From positions 1 to 51,848 of the forward strand of contig JBIIWK010000001.1 of NCBI GenBank assembly GCA_044338955.1: a DNA stretch of 51,848 nucleotides. The letters run 5' to 3'. The notes under the pieces were generated by a model. The model did no database searches, had not been told where the DNA came from, and worked only from the letters and a program-made list of their open reading frames with translations. Positions within the stretch are counted from its first letter, which is position 1, and every line of letters begins with the position of its first letter. Made by a program: the position numbers and the translations under genes. Below are positions 1 to 10,331 of this stretch, one piece after another. The DNA comes from Burkholderiaceae bacterium. GTDB taxonomy: Bacteria > Pseudomonadota > Gammaproteobacteria > Burkholderiales > Burkholderiaceae_B.

Positions 1-1278
1 TTGCTCGTCTTCAACTTGCGCTTTCGCTAACGCATGCTGAACCACGTTATCCTCAAGCACGATGCCTTCGACTTCTGAGCGACGTGCGCGATCTGACAGA
101 TAATAGCTGACGACTTCAGCGGGCTTTTCGTAGCTTGAGGCGAACTCTTCGATACGAGCACGAACCTGCTCAGGCTTGGCTTGAAGCTGTTCGGCCTGAA
201 CCAGTTCTGACACCAACAAACCGAGCTTGACGCGACGCTCGGCCTCAGTAGCAAACGCATCAGCCGGGATCGGCATTTTGTCTGCATTCGGCACGCCGCG
301 CTGGGTGAGTTCGGCGCGAGCAGCAGCCACACGGGCCTCGCACTCGCTGTCGATCAAGGCTTTAGGCACATCAAAACTGGCCACAGCCACTAAAGCATCC
401 ATGACGCTATTTTTGGTGCGTGCCATCGTGCGTGCTTTGACTTCGCGCTCGATGTTGGCTCGAATGTCAGCCAGCAGTTTTTCAACATCGCCTTCGGTTT
501 GACCGAGGGCTTTAGCAAATTCGGCGTCTAATTCAGGCAAAATCGGCTCGGCGACTTCTTTGACCGTGATGGTAAATTCGGCCGTTTTACCCGCCACGTC
601 TTTACCGCCGTAGTCGGCTGGAAACGGCAATGGAAACACCTTGGTTTCGCCCGCTTTCATGCCACGCACGGCGACTTCGAACTCGGGCAACATACGGCCC
701 TGACCCAAAACAAACGGAAAGTCATCTGCCTTGCCGCCGTCAAATGGCACGCCGTCGATCGTACCGGCAAAATCAAGCTTGATCTGATCGTCGTCTTGAG
801 CAGCACGACCTTCAGCAGCCTTGTGCTGAGCGCGTTGTTTGCGCAAGACATCAACCGTGCGCTGTACCTCGGCCTCGCCAACTGTGGTGACGGCACGCTT
901 GATTTTCAACGTGGTCAGGTCAGGCAAGGTAATGGTTGGATAGACTTCAAACGTTGCCACAAACGACAAGTCGTCTTCAGATTGGCCTTCAGTTTTTGGT
1001 GCTAATTTTGGTGCGCCCGCTACACGTAAACCTGAGGTGATAATGGCTTGCTCAAAGGCTTGCCCAACCATCGAGTTAATCGAGTCGTAACGGATGCCTG
1101 CGCCGTGGGTGCGCTCGAGCATGGCCATTGGCACTTTACCAGGACGAAAACCAGCGACTTTCGCGGTACGCGAGACGCGCTTGAGTTCGGCCTGAACAGC
1201 TTTTTCGACGTCGGCCATTAAGACCGAGATTTCAACGCGGCGCTCGAGGCCGGCAAGGGTTTCAACCACAGGTTGCAT
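1..1278 (-). CDS. tig: Trigger factor (3' end runs off the window)
   Basis: Not in the ORF track because there is no stop in the window. Manual translation from ATG at 1278 gives MQPVVETLAGLERRVE...AGFRPGKVP (ribosome-binding signature) and an FKBP-like domain (LDFAGTIDGVPFDGG...LGQGRMLPEFE). Confidence 0.95.
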   Translation of the reverse strand, partial: MQPVVETLAGLERRVEISVLMADVEKAVQAELKRVSRTAKVAGFRPGKVPMAMLERTHGAGIRYDSINSMVGQAFEQAIITSGLRVAGAPKLAPKTEGQSEDDLSFVATFEVYPTITLPDLTTLKIKRAVTTVGEAEVQRTVDVLRKQRAQHKAAEGRAAQDDDQIKLDFAGTIDGVPFDGGKADDFPFVLGQGRMLPEFEVAVRGMKAGETKVFPLPFPADYGGKDVAGKTAEFTITVKEVAEPILPELDAEFAKALGQTEGDVEKLLADIRANIEREVKARTMARTKNSVMDALVAVASFDVPKALIDSECEARVAAARAELTQRGVPNADKMPIPADAFATEAERRVKLGLLVSELVQAEQLQAKPEQVRARIEEFASSYEKPAEVVSYYLSDRARRSEVEGIVLEDNVVQHALAKAQVEDEQ

Positions 1279-1342
1279 GAAGATCTACCAAACAAAGAGA
1301 ACGGAGAGCGCAGCGAACAGCCCACGCCAACTGGGTAATAAA

Positions 1343-1429
1343 TGGTGCGAAGGGCGGGACTCGAACCCGCACACCTGTTACAGCGTCAGGACCTAAACCT
1401 GGTGCGTCTACCAATTTCGCCACCTTCGC
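1343..1429 (-). tRNA. tRNA-Leu(TAG)
   Basis: Reverse complement is GCGAAGGTGGCGAAATTGGTAGACGCACCAGGT-TTAGGT-CCTGA...GGTTCGAGTCCCGCCCTTCGCACCA, with a long variable arm and encoded CCA. Confidence 0.96.
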
Positions 1430-1504
1430 AATAGCCGAGCATTGTAGCGCACCCTGTTGGGGTTTCCCGTCCCCATAGCGCTGCCAACTGGTTAAAATAC
1501 GTAA

Positions 1505-2698
1505 ATGAACCCACGTCTCGACACCTTACAGCCCTATCCTTTTGAAAAACTTCGCCTTTTATTGGCTCAGGCGGGCACTCCGCCCGCAGGCCTAAGGGCG
1601 ATCAACCTTTCGATTGGCGAACCCAAGCATGCAGCCCCGCAATGCGTCAAAGACGCTATTGTGGGCGCGCTTGATGGCTTGTCCAGCTATCCACCCACCA
1701 AGGGCGACCCCAGGTTGCGCCAGGCAATTAGCCAATGGCTCGGCAAACGCTACGGCATCCCCTGCCCCGACCCCGAAACGCAGGTATTACCTGCACTAGG
1801 GTCACGTGAGGCGTTGTTTGCTTTTGCCCAAGTCGTGCTCGACTCGACTAAAAACGGCATCGTAGTGTGCCCCAACCCGTTTTATCAGATCTACGAGGGC
1901 GCAGCGCTTTTAGGCGGCGCGACCCCGTATTACGTCAACTCAGACCCAACACTGAAATTTGGCTGCGACTGGTCAACGGTTCCGGCTGACATCTGGGCGC
2001 GTACCCAGCTTTTATTCGTTTGCTCGCCAGGCAACCCTGCTGGCAACGTCATGACGCTTGCCGAATGGCAAACGCTGTTTGACTTATCAGACCGCTATGG
2101 GTTTGTGATTGCCTCTGACGAGTGCTATTCAGAGATCTACCTTGACGAGGCCAATCCGCCTTTAGGTGGCATGCAGGCTGCCGTTCAACTGGGGCGCACT
2201 GATTTTCGTAACTTAGTCAGTTTCTCGAGTTTGTCCAAACGTTCAAACGTGCCAGGCATGCGCTCTGGGTTTGTGGCGGGTGACGCCAAGCTGATGGCCA
2301 AGTTTTTGCTTTATCGCACCTACCACGGCAGCGCCTTGTCGCCGGTTGTCTCGGCTGCCAGCATTGCGGCTTGGCAAGACGAGGCTCACGTCATCGATAA
2401 CCGCCAACAGTACCGCGCAAAATTCGATGCGGTTCTACCAATTCTTCAACCTGTACTCGATGTCACGCGCCCCGATGCGTCGTTTTACCTGTGGGCCGAC
2501 ACCAAAGGCCCGGATGCCGATTTTGTGCGCGACTTATTGACCCATACCAACGTCACCACCTTGCCCGGCAGCTATGTGGGCCGCACCGTCAACGGGGTGA
2601 ACCCTGGGCAAAACCGTATTCGGATCGCACTCGTCGCCCCGCTTGCTGATTGCGTCGAAGCGGCGCATCGCATCGCAGACTTTGTGCGTAAAACGTAA
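1505..2698 (+). CDS. dapC: N-succinyldiaminopimelate aminotransferase (PLP class I)
   Basis: MNPRLDTLQPYPFEKL N-terminus, SDECYSE and SLSKRSNVPGMRSGF PLP-lysine motif; lies upstream of dapD. Confidence 0.92.
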   Translation: MNPRLDTLQPYPFEKLRLLLAQAGTPPAGLRAINLSIGEPKHAAPQCVKDAIVGALDGLSSYPPTKGDPRLRQAISQWLGKRYGIPCPDPETQVLPALGSREALFAFAQVVLDSTKNGIVVCPNPFYQIYEGAALLGGATPYYVNSDPTLKFGCDWSTVPADIWARTQLLFVCSPGNPAGNVMTLAEWQTLFDLSDRYGFVIASDECYSEIYLDEANPPLGGMQAAVQLGRTDFRNLVSFSSLSKRSNVPGMRSGFVAGDAKLMAKFLLYRTYHGSALSPVVSAASIAAWQDEAHVIDNRQQYRAKFDAVLPILQPVLDVTRPDASFYLWADTKGPDADFVRDLLTHTNVTTLPGSYVGRTVNGVNPGQNRIRIALVAPLADCVEAAHRIADFVRKT

Positions 2699-2903
2699 TC
2701 TCTCAGTCGATCAACCTTAGGCTTTTACTTCACTCAAATTACCCAGTTATCCTTAAAGCTCAACTTTTACATATCAGCACCGATTCTGTCATCCCTGGCA
2801 ATCAACCAGCCCGTGAGGTCAATGATCCCGTGATGTGTTTAATCGTTCAGTCATTTAATTAACTATCCGTCACATTCATCTTTAACTTTTATAAAGGCCT
2901 GCC

Positions 2904-3725
2904 ATGACCTTAGATTTACAAAATGCAATTGAAAGCGGTTGGGAAGATCGCACTAACCTGTCACCCACCGCCGCCAGCGCAAGCGTGCGCGAAGCGGTTG
3001 CCCACACCCTTGACGCCCTCGACACTGGCAGCCTGCGTGTTGCTGAAAAAATCAATGGCAGTTGGGTGGTACACCAGTGGGTTAAAAAGGCCGTCTTACT
3101 GTCGTTTCGCTTGAACGATAACGGCGTGATGGGTCAGGCCCCAATGCAGTTTTACGATAAAGTGCCGCTCAAATTTGCTGAGTTCAACCAAGCTGATTTT
3201 CAAGCCGCCGGCTATCGCGTGGTGCCGCCTGCAGTGGCTCGCCGAGGCTGCTTTATCGGCCGCAACGTCGTGTTGATGCCCTCTTACGTCAACATCGGCG
3301 CCTACGTCGATGAAAACACCATGGTCGATACTTGGGCCACTGTGGGCTCGTGCGCGCAGATCGGTAAAAACGTGCACCTGTCGGGTGGTGTGGGTATCGG
3401 TGGCGTACTCGAGCCTCTGCAAGCCAACCCAACCATCATCGAAGACAACTGCTTTATTGGCGCGCGCTCTGAAGTGGTCGAAGGCGTCATCGTCGAAGAA
3501 AACAGCGTTTTAGCCATGGGTGTATTTTTGTCGCAAAGTACCCGTATCTATGATCGCGAAACCAAAGAGATCCATTACGGTCGTGTACCGTCAGGCTCAG
3601 TCGTGGTGCCTGGTTCATTGCCCTCGGCCGATGGCACGCATAGTTTGAACTGCGCGATTATCGTCAAGCGGGTCGACGCGCAAACGCGGGCCAAAACCAG
3701 TATCAACGACTTGCTACGAGCCTAA
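2904..3725 (+). CDS. dapD: Tetrahydrodipicolinate N-succinyltransferase
   Basis: [41 protein letters not shown] hexapeptide repeats and [10 protein letters not shown]-terminus. Confidence 0.97.
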   Translation: MTLDLQNAIESGWEDRTNLSPTAASASVREAVAHTLDALDTGSLRVAEKINGSWVVHQWVKKAVLLSFRLNDNGVMGQAPMQFYDKVPLKFAEFNQADFQAAGYRVVPPAVARRGCFIGRNVVLMPSYVNIGAYVDENTMVDTWATVGSCAQIGKNVHLSGGVGIGGVLEPLQANPTIIEDNCFIGARSEVVEGVIVEENSVLAMGVFLSQSTRIYDRETKEIHYGRVPSGSVVVPGSLPSADGTHSLNCAIIVKRVDAQTRAKTSINDLLRA

Positions 3726-3732
3726 GGCAGGC

Positions 3733-4629
3733 ATGGATGACTCACGCGACGCCCTGCGAACCGTACGCGACTTAATTCGCTACGGCGTCTCGCGCTTTAA
3801 TCAAACCAAGCTGTCGTTTGGCCATGGGTCAGACAACGCTTGGGATGAGGCCGTATACCTCGTACTGAGCGCCTTGCATCTGCCACCCGATCAACTCGAG
3901 CCTTTCATGGATGCGCGCGTGTTGCCCGAAGAGCGGCAAAAAGCCCTGCAGCACATTGATGCGCGTTGTGAGCGACGCGTGCCAGCGTCTTACCTCACCC
4001 ACGAGGCCTGGCTGCAAGGCTACACGTTTTATGTCGACGAACGCGTGATTGTGCCGCGCTCACCCATCGCTGAATTACTCGTCAACCAACTGGCCCCGTG
4101 GATCTTGGACCCCTACGAGATCAACAGTGTTTTAGATCTGTGCACCGGTTCGGGATGCTTAGCGATTATTGCCGCTGAGGAGTTCTCTGAGGCGTTTGTT
4201 GACGCCACAGATATTTCGGCGCAAGCGCTTGAAGTGGCCGCCCTCAATGTCACCGCGCACGGTCTCGCTGACCGCCTCACGTTACACCACGGCAGTCTGT
4301 TTGATCCCTTACCAGTATCGGCCCGTTACGATCTGATTATTTGTAATCCACCTTACGTCAACAGCCAATCCATGCTGGCGCTACCACCCGAGTATCAGCA
4401 CGAGCCTTCACTGGCTTTAGCCGGTGGTGACGATGGGATGGATGTGGTGCGCACCATTCTCGAGCAAGCGCCCGCTCATTTAAACGACCAAGGTATTCTT
4501 GTGCTTGAAATTGGCCACGAACGCGCGCATTTTGAAGCCGCTTTTCCTGAACTTGAGCCTGTCTGGCTCGATACGGCGCAAGCCTCAGACCAGATCCTAC
4601 TCCTGACACGCGAGCAATTTTCGTCGTGA
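3733..4629 (+). CDS. prmB: 50S ribosomal protein L3 N5-glutamine methyltransferase
   Basis: FGHGSDNAWDEA, FYVDERVIVPRSPIAEL, LDLCTGSG SAM motif and NPPY. Confidence 0.93.
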   Translation: MDDSRDALRTVRDLIRYGVSRFNQTKLSFGHGSDNAWDEAVYLVLSALHLPPDQLEPFMDARVLPEERQKALQHIDARCERRVPASYLTHEAWLQGYTFYVDERVIVPRSPIAELLVNQLAPWILDPYEINSVLDLCTGSGCLAIIAAEEFSEAFVDATDISAQALEVAALNVTAHGLADRLTLHHGSLFDPLPVSARYDLIICNPPYVNSQSMLALPPEYQHEPSLALAGGDDGMDVVRTILEQAPAHLNDQGILVLEIGHERAHFEAAFPELEPVWLDTAQASDQILLLTREQFSS

Positions 4630-6668
4630 TTCGTGCAACTGGCTTGACCGTTCGACGCGGCGCAAAAGTACTCATCGATCAAACTGATTTTGTTGTTCAC
4701 CCCGGCGAGCGGGTGGGTTTTGTAGGTAAAAACGGTGCCGGAAAATCGACCTTATTTGCCTTAATCCAACACGAAATCGATGCCGATGCAGGTCGTCTTG
4801 ACTTTCCGACCGGCTGGCGTATTGCCAGTGTCAGGCAAGAAATCGCTGACAGCGCTGACGCCGCTCGCGAGTTCGTGATTGATGGCGACACGCATCTGCG
4901 CCAACTACAGGCCCAACGCGCGCTGATCGACGACACTGCGCATACAAGCGACGACCATGCCCAAGAACAAGGTTCTCGTATTGCCGAGCTTGAAGCCGAA
5001 CTGATCGAGGCCGATGCCTGGACAGCAGTTTCGCGCGCCGAACAACTCTTGGCTGGCTTGGGCTTTACGCCTGAGCAATGGTCAGAGCCGGTGGATAGCT
5101 TTTCGGGCGGCTGGCGCATGCGCCTGGCGCTGGCGCGCGCCTTGATGGCGCCCTCTGAATTGTTGCTGCTTGACGAACCCACAAACCATCTCGACCTTGA
5201 CGCAATGCTCTGGCTTGAAAAATGGCTGGCGGCCTACCAGGGCACCGTGTTGTTGATTTCGCACGACACTGAGTTTTTGGATGCCGTTGCGCAAACCATT
5301 TTGCACTTTGATCAGGGCAAACTGGTTCGCTACAAAGGCGGCTATGAGGATTTTGTGACACAACGTGCTGAGCGCCTCAGGCAGACCAAAATGGCGTTTG
5401 ATAAACAAACGCGCGAGTCAGCCAGACTGCAAGGTTTTATTGATCGCTTTAAGGCTAAAGCCTCAAAAGCCAAGCAGGCCCAAAGTCGCGTCAAAGCCTT
5501 GGCACGTATGGATCTCATGGCACCGATTCGCGCCGAATCGGGTATCGAGATTCGCATCCCTACGCCTAAAAGTATGCCCGACCCGTTGTTGGTGCTCGAT
5601 GATATGCACGCGGGTTACACCACCGATAGCGGCAAGCAAGTCGCCATCTTGCGCAACGTTAAGTTGATGGTGCGCGGCGGCGATCGCATCGGTATTCTGG
5701 GCGTCAACGGTGCCGGCAAAAGCACCTTAGTCAAAACACTGGCCGGCGAGCTTGAGGTACAGGGCGGTACGCGTTTAGCCTCGCGGGGGCTTGAAGTGGG
5801 GTATTTTGCTCAGCATCAGCTTGATATGTTGGATTTAGCCAGCAGCCCCTTGCAACACTTGCTGCGTATTGCACCCGGTACGCGCGAGCAAGAGCTGCGT
5901 AACTATTTGGGTGGCTTTGGTTTTGGTGGCGATCGTGTCACGGATACCGTCGAGCCCATGTCAGGTGGCGAAAAAGCGCGCCTGGCCCTGTCATTGATCG
6001 TGTGGCAAAAGCCAAACCTGCTTCTACTTGATGAGCCAAGCAACCACCTAGATGTTGAAACCCGCGAGGCCTTAACTACCGCTCTGGCCGAGTTTGGTGG
6101 CAGCATGCTCTTGGTGTCGCACGACAGGCATTTGTTACGCACCACCGTCGATAGCTTTTGGATTGTGGCCGATGGCGGTGTACAAGAATTTGATGGCGAC
6201 CTTGAAGACTATCGTGACTGGCTAGCACAACATCAAGCCCGCGCACGCAAGCAAGAGGCTGCCGCACGCACTGCAGGTCGCGTTGCTAACAAGATGTCGG
6301 CGGCTGAACAAGCCGCGTTAGCCGCTCAAGCCGCGGCACAGGCGGCAGCCGACGCAGCGGCCAAGGCTGCGCCTTCGGCCCAAGAGCGCAAGCTCAACAA
6401 ACGCGAAAATGCCGAGCAACGACAGCAAGCTGCACAACTACGTAAACCACTCGAACAACAAGTTAACAAACTTGAAAAAGAACTTGAGCAAGTGCAGGCT
6501 AAGCTCAAAGGCTTGGATAGCCTAATTGCAGATTCAGAGTTGTACAGCGACGCGCGCAAAGAAGAATGTGTACGTGTGCTGGCCGAACATGGCGAGCTCA
6601 CTAAGCGCGCAGCCAGCCTTGAAAGCTCTTGGCTTGAACTACAAACGCAGCTTGAAGCGTATGCTTAA
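4626..6668 (+). CDS. ABC-F family ATPase (YheS-like)
   Basis: Two ABC domains (GKNGAGKS/FSGGWRMR/LLLDEPTNHLD and GVNGAGKS/MSGGEKAR/LLLDEPSNHLD), no TM segments, C-terminal coiled coil. Confidence 0.9.
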   Translation: MIRATGLTVRRGAKVLIDQTDFVVHPGERVGFVGKNGAGKSTLFALIQHEIDADAGRLDFPTGWRIASVRQEIADSADAAREFVIDGDTHLRQLQAQRALIDDTAHTSDDHAQEQGSRIAELEAELIEADAWTAVSRAEQLLAGLGFTPEQWSEPVDSFSGGWRMRLALARALMAPSELLLLDEPTNHLDLDAMLWLEKWLAAYQGTVLLISHDTEFLDAVAQTILHFDQGKLVRYKGGYEDFVTQRAERLRQTKMAFDKQTRESARLQGFIDRFKAKASKAKQAQSRVKALARMDLMAPIRAESGIEIRIPTPKSMPDPLLVLDDMHAGYTTDSGKQVAILRNVKLMVRGGDRIGILGVNGAGKSTLVKTLAGELEVQGGTRLASRGLEVGYFAQHQLDMLDLASSPLQHLLRIAPGTREQELRNYLGGFGFGGDRVTDTVEPMSGGEKARLALSLIVWQKPNLLLLDEPSNHLDVETREALTTALAEFGGSMLLVSHDRHLLRTTVDSFWIVADGGVQEFDGDLEDYRDWLAQHQARARKQEAAARTAGRVANKMSAAEQAALAAQAAAQAAADAAAKAAPSAQERKLNKRENAEQRQQAAQLRKPLEQQVNKLEKELEQVQAKLKGLDSLIADSELYSDARKEECVRVLAEHGELTKRAASLESSWLELQTQLEAYA

Positions 6669-9022
6669 CTTTGTGTGATCTCGAGCTTGGCCACGCCAAG
6701 CGCGAGTGTTTTTGAACCCACCTCGCGAAACTGAATCTGGGCTTGTGCGTCGAGGCCGCTGCCAGACAAACCGATGATCGTACCTTCGCCAAAGCGGCCG
6801 TGTCGCACGCCTTGGCCAATGCGAAACTGCTGTGCCCCAACGGTGACGCCCGTCGTGACCGAGCGTGGCGCAACAGCAGCATGCGCCGCAGCCCCTTGCC
6901 GCCCGTAGGTGGCACCGCCACTGTCGCCGCTTGATTTCCAGCGCGGTTCAGAATCAACAAATCCCTGCTTAGGCGTCAACCACTTGAGGTGTGCGTCGGG
7001 TACTTCGGATAAAAACCGTGAACGCATCGCATAACGCGTTTGGCCGTGCAACATGCGGCTTTGCGCCAAACTAAAATACAGCCGCTCGCGCGCGCGCGTG
7101 ATCGCAACGTACATCAAGCGGCGCTCTTCTTCGAGCCCTGATTGTTCGAGGATACTGTTTTCGTGCGGAAACAACCCTTCTTCTAGGCCGGTGATAAATA
7201 CCGCATCAAACTCAAGCCCCTTAGCGGCGTGGACTGTCATGAGTTGCACAGCATCTTGACCGGCTTGAGCCTGGTTATCACCCGCCTCAAGCGAGGCGTG
7301 CGACAAAAAGGCTGTTAGTGGTGACAAGCCACCGAAGCCACCTTCGAATGAGGGCACGGCGTCGGACCCGTCAACCACAGGGTCTGCCGAAAGGGCTGAG
7401 GACTCGCCAAGCCCCGACTCAGCGGGCATTGAATCCAGAGTGCGGGTTTGCGCGTCAGACACAATCACGACACCTGCGGGCAAACCTGACACGTTTGCCT
7501 CTGAGGCAAACGCTGCTGCCGCAGACACAAGCTCGTTTAAGTTTTCGATGCGGTCAGCACCTTCGCGATCTTGCTGATAGTGCTCGATCAAGCCGCTTTG
7601 CGCGATCACATGTTCGACCATTTCTGGCAAGGGCAAGTCGCGTGTTTCTTGGGCCAAGCGTTGAATCAGCACCGCAAACTGGGCCAGGTTTGAGCCACCT
7701 TTGCCCGCCACGCGCGCCACAGCACCCGACAAACTGGTATCAAAAGTTTTTGCCTGATCACCCAGTTGCTCGAGGGTACGTGCACCGATCCCACGAGGCG
7801 GGAAATTAACCACTCGCATAAACGAGGTGTCGTCATTGACGTTGGCCATTAAACGCAAATAAGCCAGCGCGTGCTTGACCTCTTGACGTTCAAAAAAGCG
7901 CAAGCCCCCATAAACTTTGTAGGCGATACCCGACGAAAACAAACCATGTTCGATGACACGTGATTGCGCATTGCTGCGGTAAAGCACGGCAATTTGACTG
8001 CGATCGCGCCCATCAGAGATTAAACCCCTGACCTCATCGACCAACCAGCGAGCCTCGAGCAAGTCGGTCGGTTGCTCGACAACGCGTATCTGCTCGCCCT
8101 CGCCCTGCTCGGTCCAGAGGTTTTTACCCAAACGCCCGTTATTGTGACTAATCAGCGCATTCGCAGAGTCTAGGATGTGACCAAACGAGCGGTAGTTTTG
8201 CTCAAGACGAATCACAGTGCCATGGGCATAGTCGCGCTCAAAGTCGGCCATGTTGCCAACGTTGGCTCCGCGAAACGCATAGATCGATTGATCATCGTCA
8301 CCCACCGCAAACATAATGGCGCCGCCACCGGCCAACAGTGTGAGCCATTTGTACTGCAGTGTGTTGGTATCTTGAAATTCGTCTACCAACACGTGTCGAA
8401 AGCGACGCTGGTAGTGTGAACGAATCGGCTCGTTGCGCGACAGAAGTTCGTAAGCGCGTAATAACAACTCAGGAAAATCCACCACACCCTCACGCTGGCA
8501 TTGCGCCTCGTAAAGGGTATAGATTTCAATCATGCGCCGCCGAAAGCTATCAAACGCCTCAACATCGCCCGGGCGTTGACCCTCTTCTTTTGCGCCGTTG
8601 ATAAAACGTTGTACATCGCGCGGTGGATATTTTTCATCATCGACCGCATTGGCTTTTAACAAGCGCTTGATCGCAGCGAGCTGATCGGCCGTGTCTAAAA
8701 TCTGAAAAGCTTGAGGCAAACCCGCGTCGCGGTGATGCGCCCTGAGCATACGATTGCACAGACCGTGAAAGGTACCGATCCATAAGCCGCGCGGGTCAAT
8801 CGGCAATAGGGCCGACACCCGCGACAACATTTCACGCGCCGCTTTGTTCGTAAAGGTAACCGCTAGCAGACCTTGAGGGCTGACCTGGCCGGTTTGAATC
8901 AGCCAAGCCATACGCGTCGTGAGTACACGCGTCTTACCACTACCGGCACCCGCCAACACTAACGCATGTTGAGCCGCTAGCGTGACTGCTTCGCGCTGAG
9001 GTACGTTAAGTTTGTCGATCAT
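6665..9022 (-). CDS. uvrD: DNA helicase II (UvrD/PcrA family)
   Basis: LAGAGSGKT, VDEFQDTN, VGDDDQSIY, LEQNYRS, MTVHAAKGLEF, EERRLMYVAITRA and a C-terminal Tudor-like domain. Confidence 0.95.
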   Translation of the reverse strand: MIDKLNVPQREAVTLAAQHALVLAGAGSGKTRVLTTRMAWLIQTGQVSPQGLLAVTFTNKAAREMLSRVSALLPIDPRGLWIGTFHGLCNRMLRAHHRDAGLPQAFQILDTADQLAAIKRLLKANAVDDEKYPPRDVQRFINGAKEEGQRPGDVEAFDSFRRRMIEIYTLYEAQCQREGVVDFPELLLRAYELLSRNEPIRSHYQRRFRHVLVDEFQDTNTLQYKWLTLLAGGGAIMFAVGDDDQSIYAFRGANVGNMADFERDYAHGTVIRLEQNYRSFGHILDSANALISHNNGRLGKNLWTEQGEGEQIRVVEQPTDLLEARWLVDEVRGLISDGRDRSQIAVLYRSNAQSRVIEHGLFSSGIAYKVYGGLRFFERQEVKHALAYLRLMANVNDDTSFMRVVNFPPRGIGARTLEQLGDQAKTFDTSLSGAVARVAGKGGSNLAQFAVLIQRLAQETRDLPLPEMVEHVIAQSGLIEHYQQDREGADRIENLNELVSAAAAFASEANVSGLPAGVVIVSDAQTRTLDSMPAESGLGESSALSADPVVDGSDAVPSFEGGFGGLSPLTAFLSHASLEAGDNQAQAGQDAVQLMTVHAAKGLEFDAVFITGLEEGLFPHENSILEQSGLEEERRLMYVAITRARERLYFSLAQSRMLHGQTRYAMRSRFLSEVPDAHLKWLTPKQGFVDSEPRWKSSGDSGGATYGRQGAAAHAAVAPRSVTTGVTVGAQQFRIGQGVRHGRFGEGTIIGLSGSGLDAQAQIQFREVGSKTLALGVAKLEITQS

Positions 9023-10230
9023 GCCGCATAGCGGCGTAGGCGTAAGGCGAACTCTTCGAGGCTAGCGATGCCGCTTTGCTGGGCGCGTTGACACCAGTTT
9101 TGCAACTCGTGCAACAGTTGCTCGCTCGAAGCGCTCGAGCTGTCCCAAAGTTTGGCTAGATCGTGGCGCATTTGAACTAAGGTTGCCAACGCAGCCGTTT
9201 GTGAGAGCGCTTGATCAATTCGTGCACGCTCGACAGCGGGCAAGGTCTCGTCACCACGCCCAAGCCAGTGTGTAGCAGCCGCAAGTGCGTCGGTATGGCT
9301 GGTGTCTTGGCTGTCAGCAGCGGTGGCTTTTAAGCGCGTGAGCTCGGCGCGGCAAGCGGTTTTCATGATGCCGGTGTAACGCTCAAGAATCTCAAACCGG
9401 TGGGCAATGACTCCCTGCAGTGTGCGCGCATCGACCCCAGGTTTGCCTGTCGCTTCAAGTCGCAAACGGGGGGCTACTTTTTTGACCTTGGCCAAGCCAA
9501 CGGCCTGTAAGCCCAAAATGTATACCCAGCCAATATCGAGCTCGTACCATTTGCTTGAAAACTTAGCCGAAGTGCCAAAAGCGTGGTGATTGTTGTGGAG
9601 CTCTTCGCCGCCGATCAAAATACCAATTGGAAACACATTGGTACTGGTATCGGGCGAGGCAAAATTACGGTAACCAAAGAAATGGCCGACACCATTGACC
9701 ACGCCAGCAGCCCAAAACGGAATCCAGGCCATCTGCACGGCCCACACTGTTAAGCCCAGTGCACCAAACAACGCCACATCGATCACCAACATGATCAAGA
9801 TACCGCGTGCGCTGTAGCGCGAGTAAATGTGTTTTTCAACCCAGTCGTCGGGTGTGCCATGACCAAATTTAGAAAGGGTCTCTGCGTTTTTGGATTCGTG
9901 ACGGTAAAGCTCGGCGCCACTGAACAATACCTTGTTGATGCCGTAAATCATGGGCGAATGTGGATCACCTTCGCGCTCGCAACGAGCGTGGTGCTTGCGA
10001 TGGATGGCCACCCACTCTTTTGTCACCATACCGGTGGTCAGCCACAACCATAAACGGAAAAAGTGCATGACGGCAGGATGCAAATCTAGACCACGATGGG
10101 CTTGGCTACGATGCAAAAAGATCGTAACGGCCGCGATCGTGACATGGGTCAGACCCAAGGTGATCAGGGCAACTTGCCACCACGAAGCCTGCAACAATCC
10201 GCCTGCGACAAAAGAAATGATTTCATTCAT
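9019..10230 (-). CDS. Delta-9 acyl-CoA/fatty acid desaturase (DesA-like)
   Basis: Histidine boxes HRSQAH, HRKHH and HNNHH, with membrane segments. Confidence 0.9.
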   Translation of the reverse strand: MNEIISFVAGGLLQASWWQVALITLGLTHVTIAAVTIFLHRSQAHRGLDLHPAVMHFFRLWLWLTTGMVTKEWVAIHRKHHARCEREGDPHSPMIYGINKVLFSGAELYRHESKNAETLSKFGHGTPDDWVEKHIYSRYSARGILIMLVIDVALFGALGLTVWAVQMAWIPFWAAGVVNGVGHFFGYRNFASPDTSTNVFPIGILIGGEELHNNHHAFGTSAKFSSKWYELDIGWVYILGLQAVGLAKVKKVAPRLRLEATGKPGVDARTLQGVIAHRFEILERYTGIMKTACRAELTRLKATAADSQDTSHTDALAAATHWLGRGDETLPAVERARIDQALSQTAALATLVQMRHDLAKLWDSSSASSEQLLHELQNWCQRAQQSGIASLEEFALRLRRYAA

Positions 10231-10331
10231 AAATATCTAGACCGCCCACAACAAAATGTAACCCTCATTTTAGCCTAACCACCCAACTTGACCAGACAAT
10301 TACCACAAGGTTTTTGCACAAAATCAAGCTA

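Noticed and set aside
1343-1429. C-A mismatch at the top of the tRNA-Leu(TAG) anticodon stem as a sign of pseudogenisation
   Set aside because: All other arms and the CCA are intact, and non-canonical 27-43 pairs are tolerated in tRNAs.
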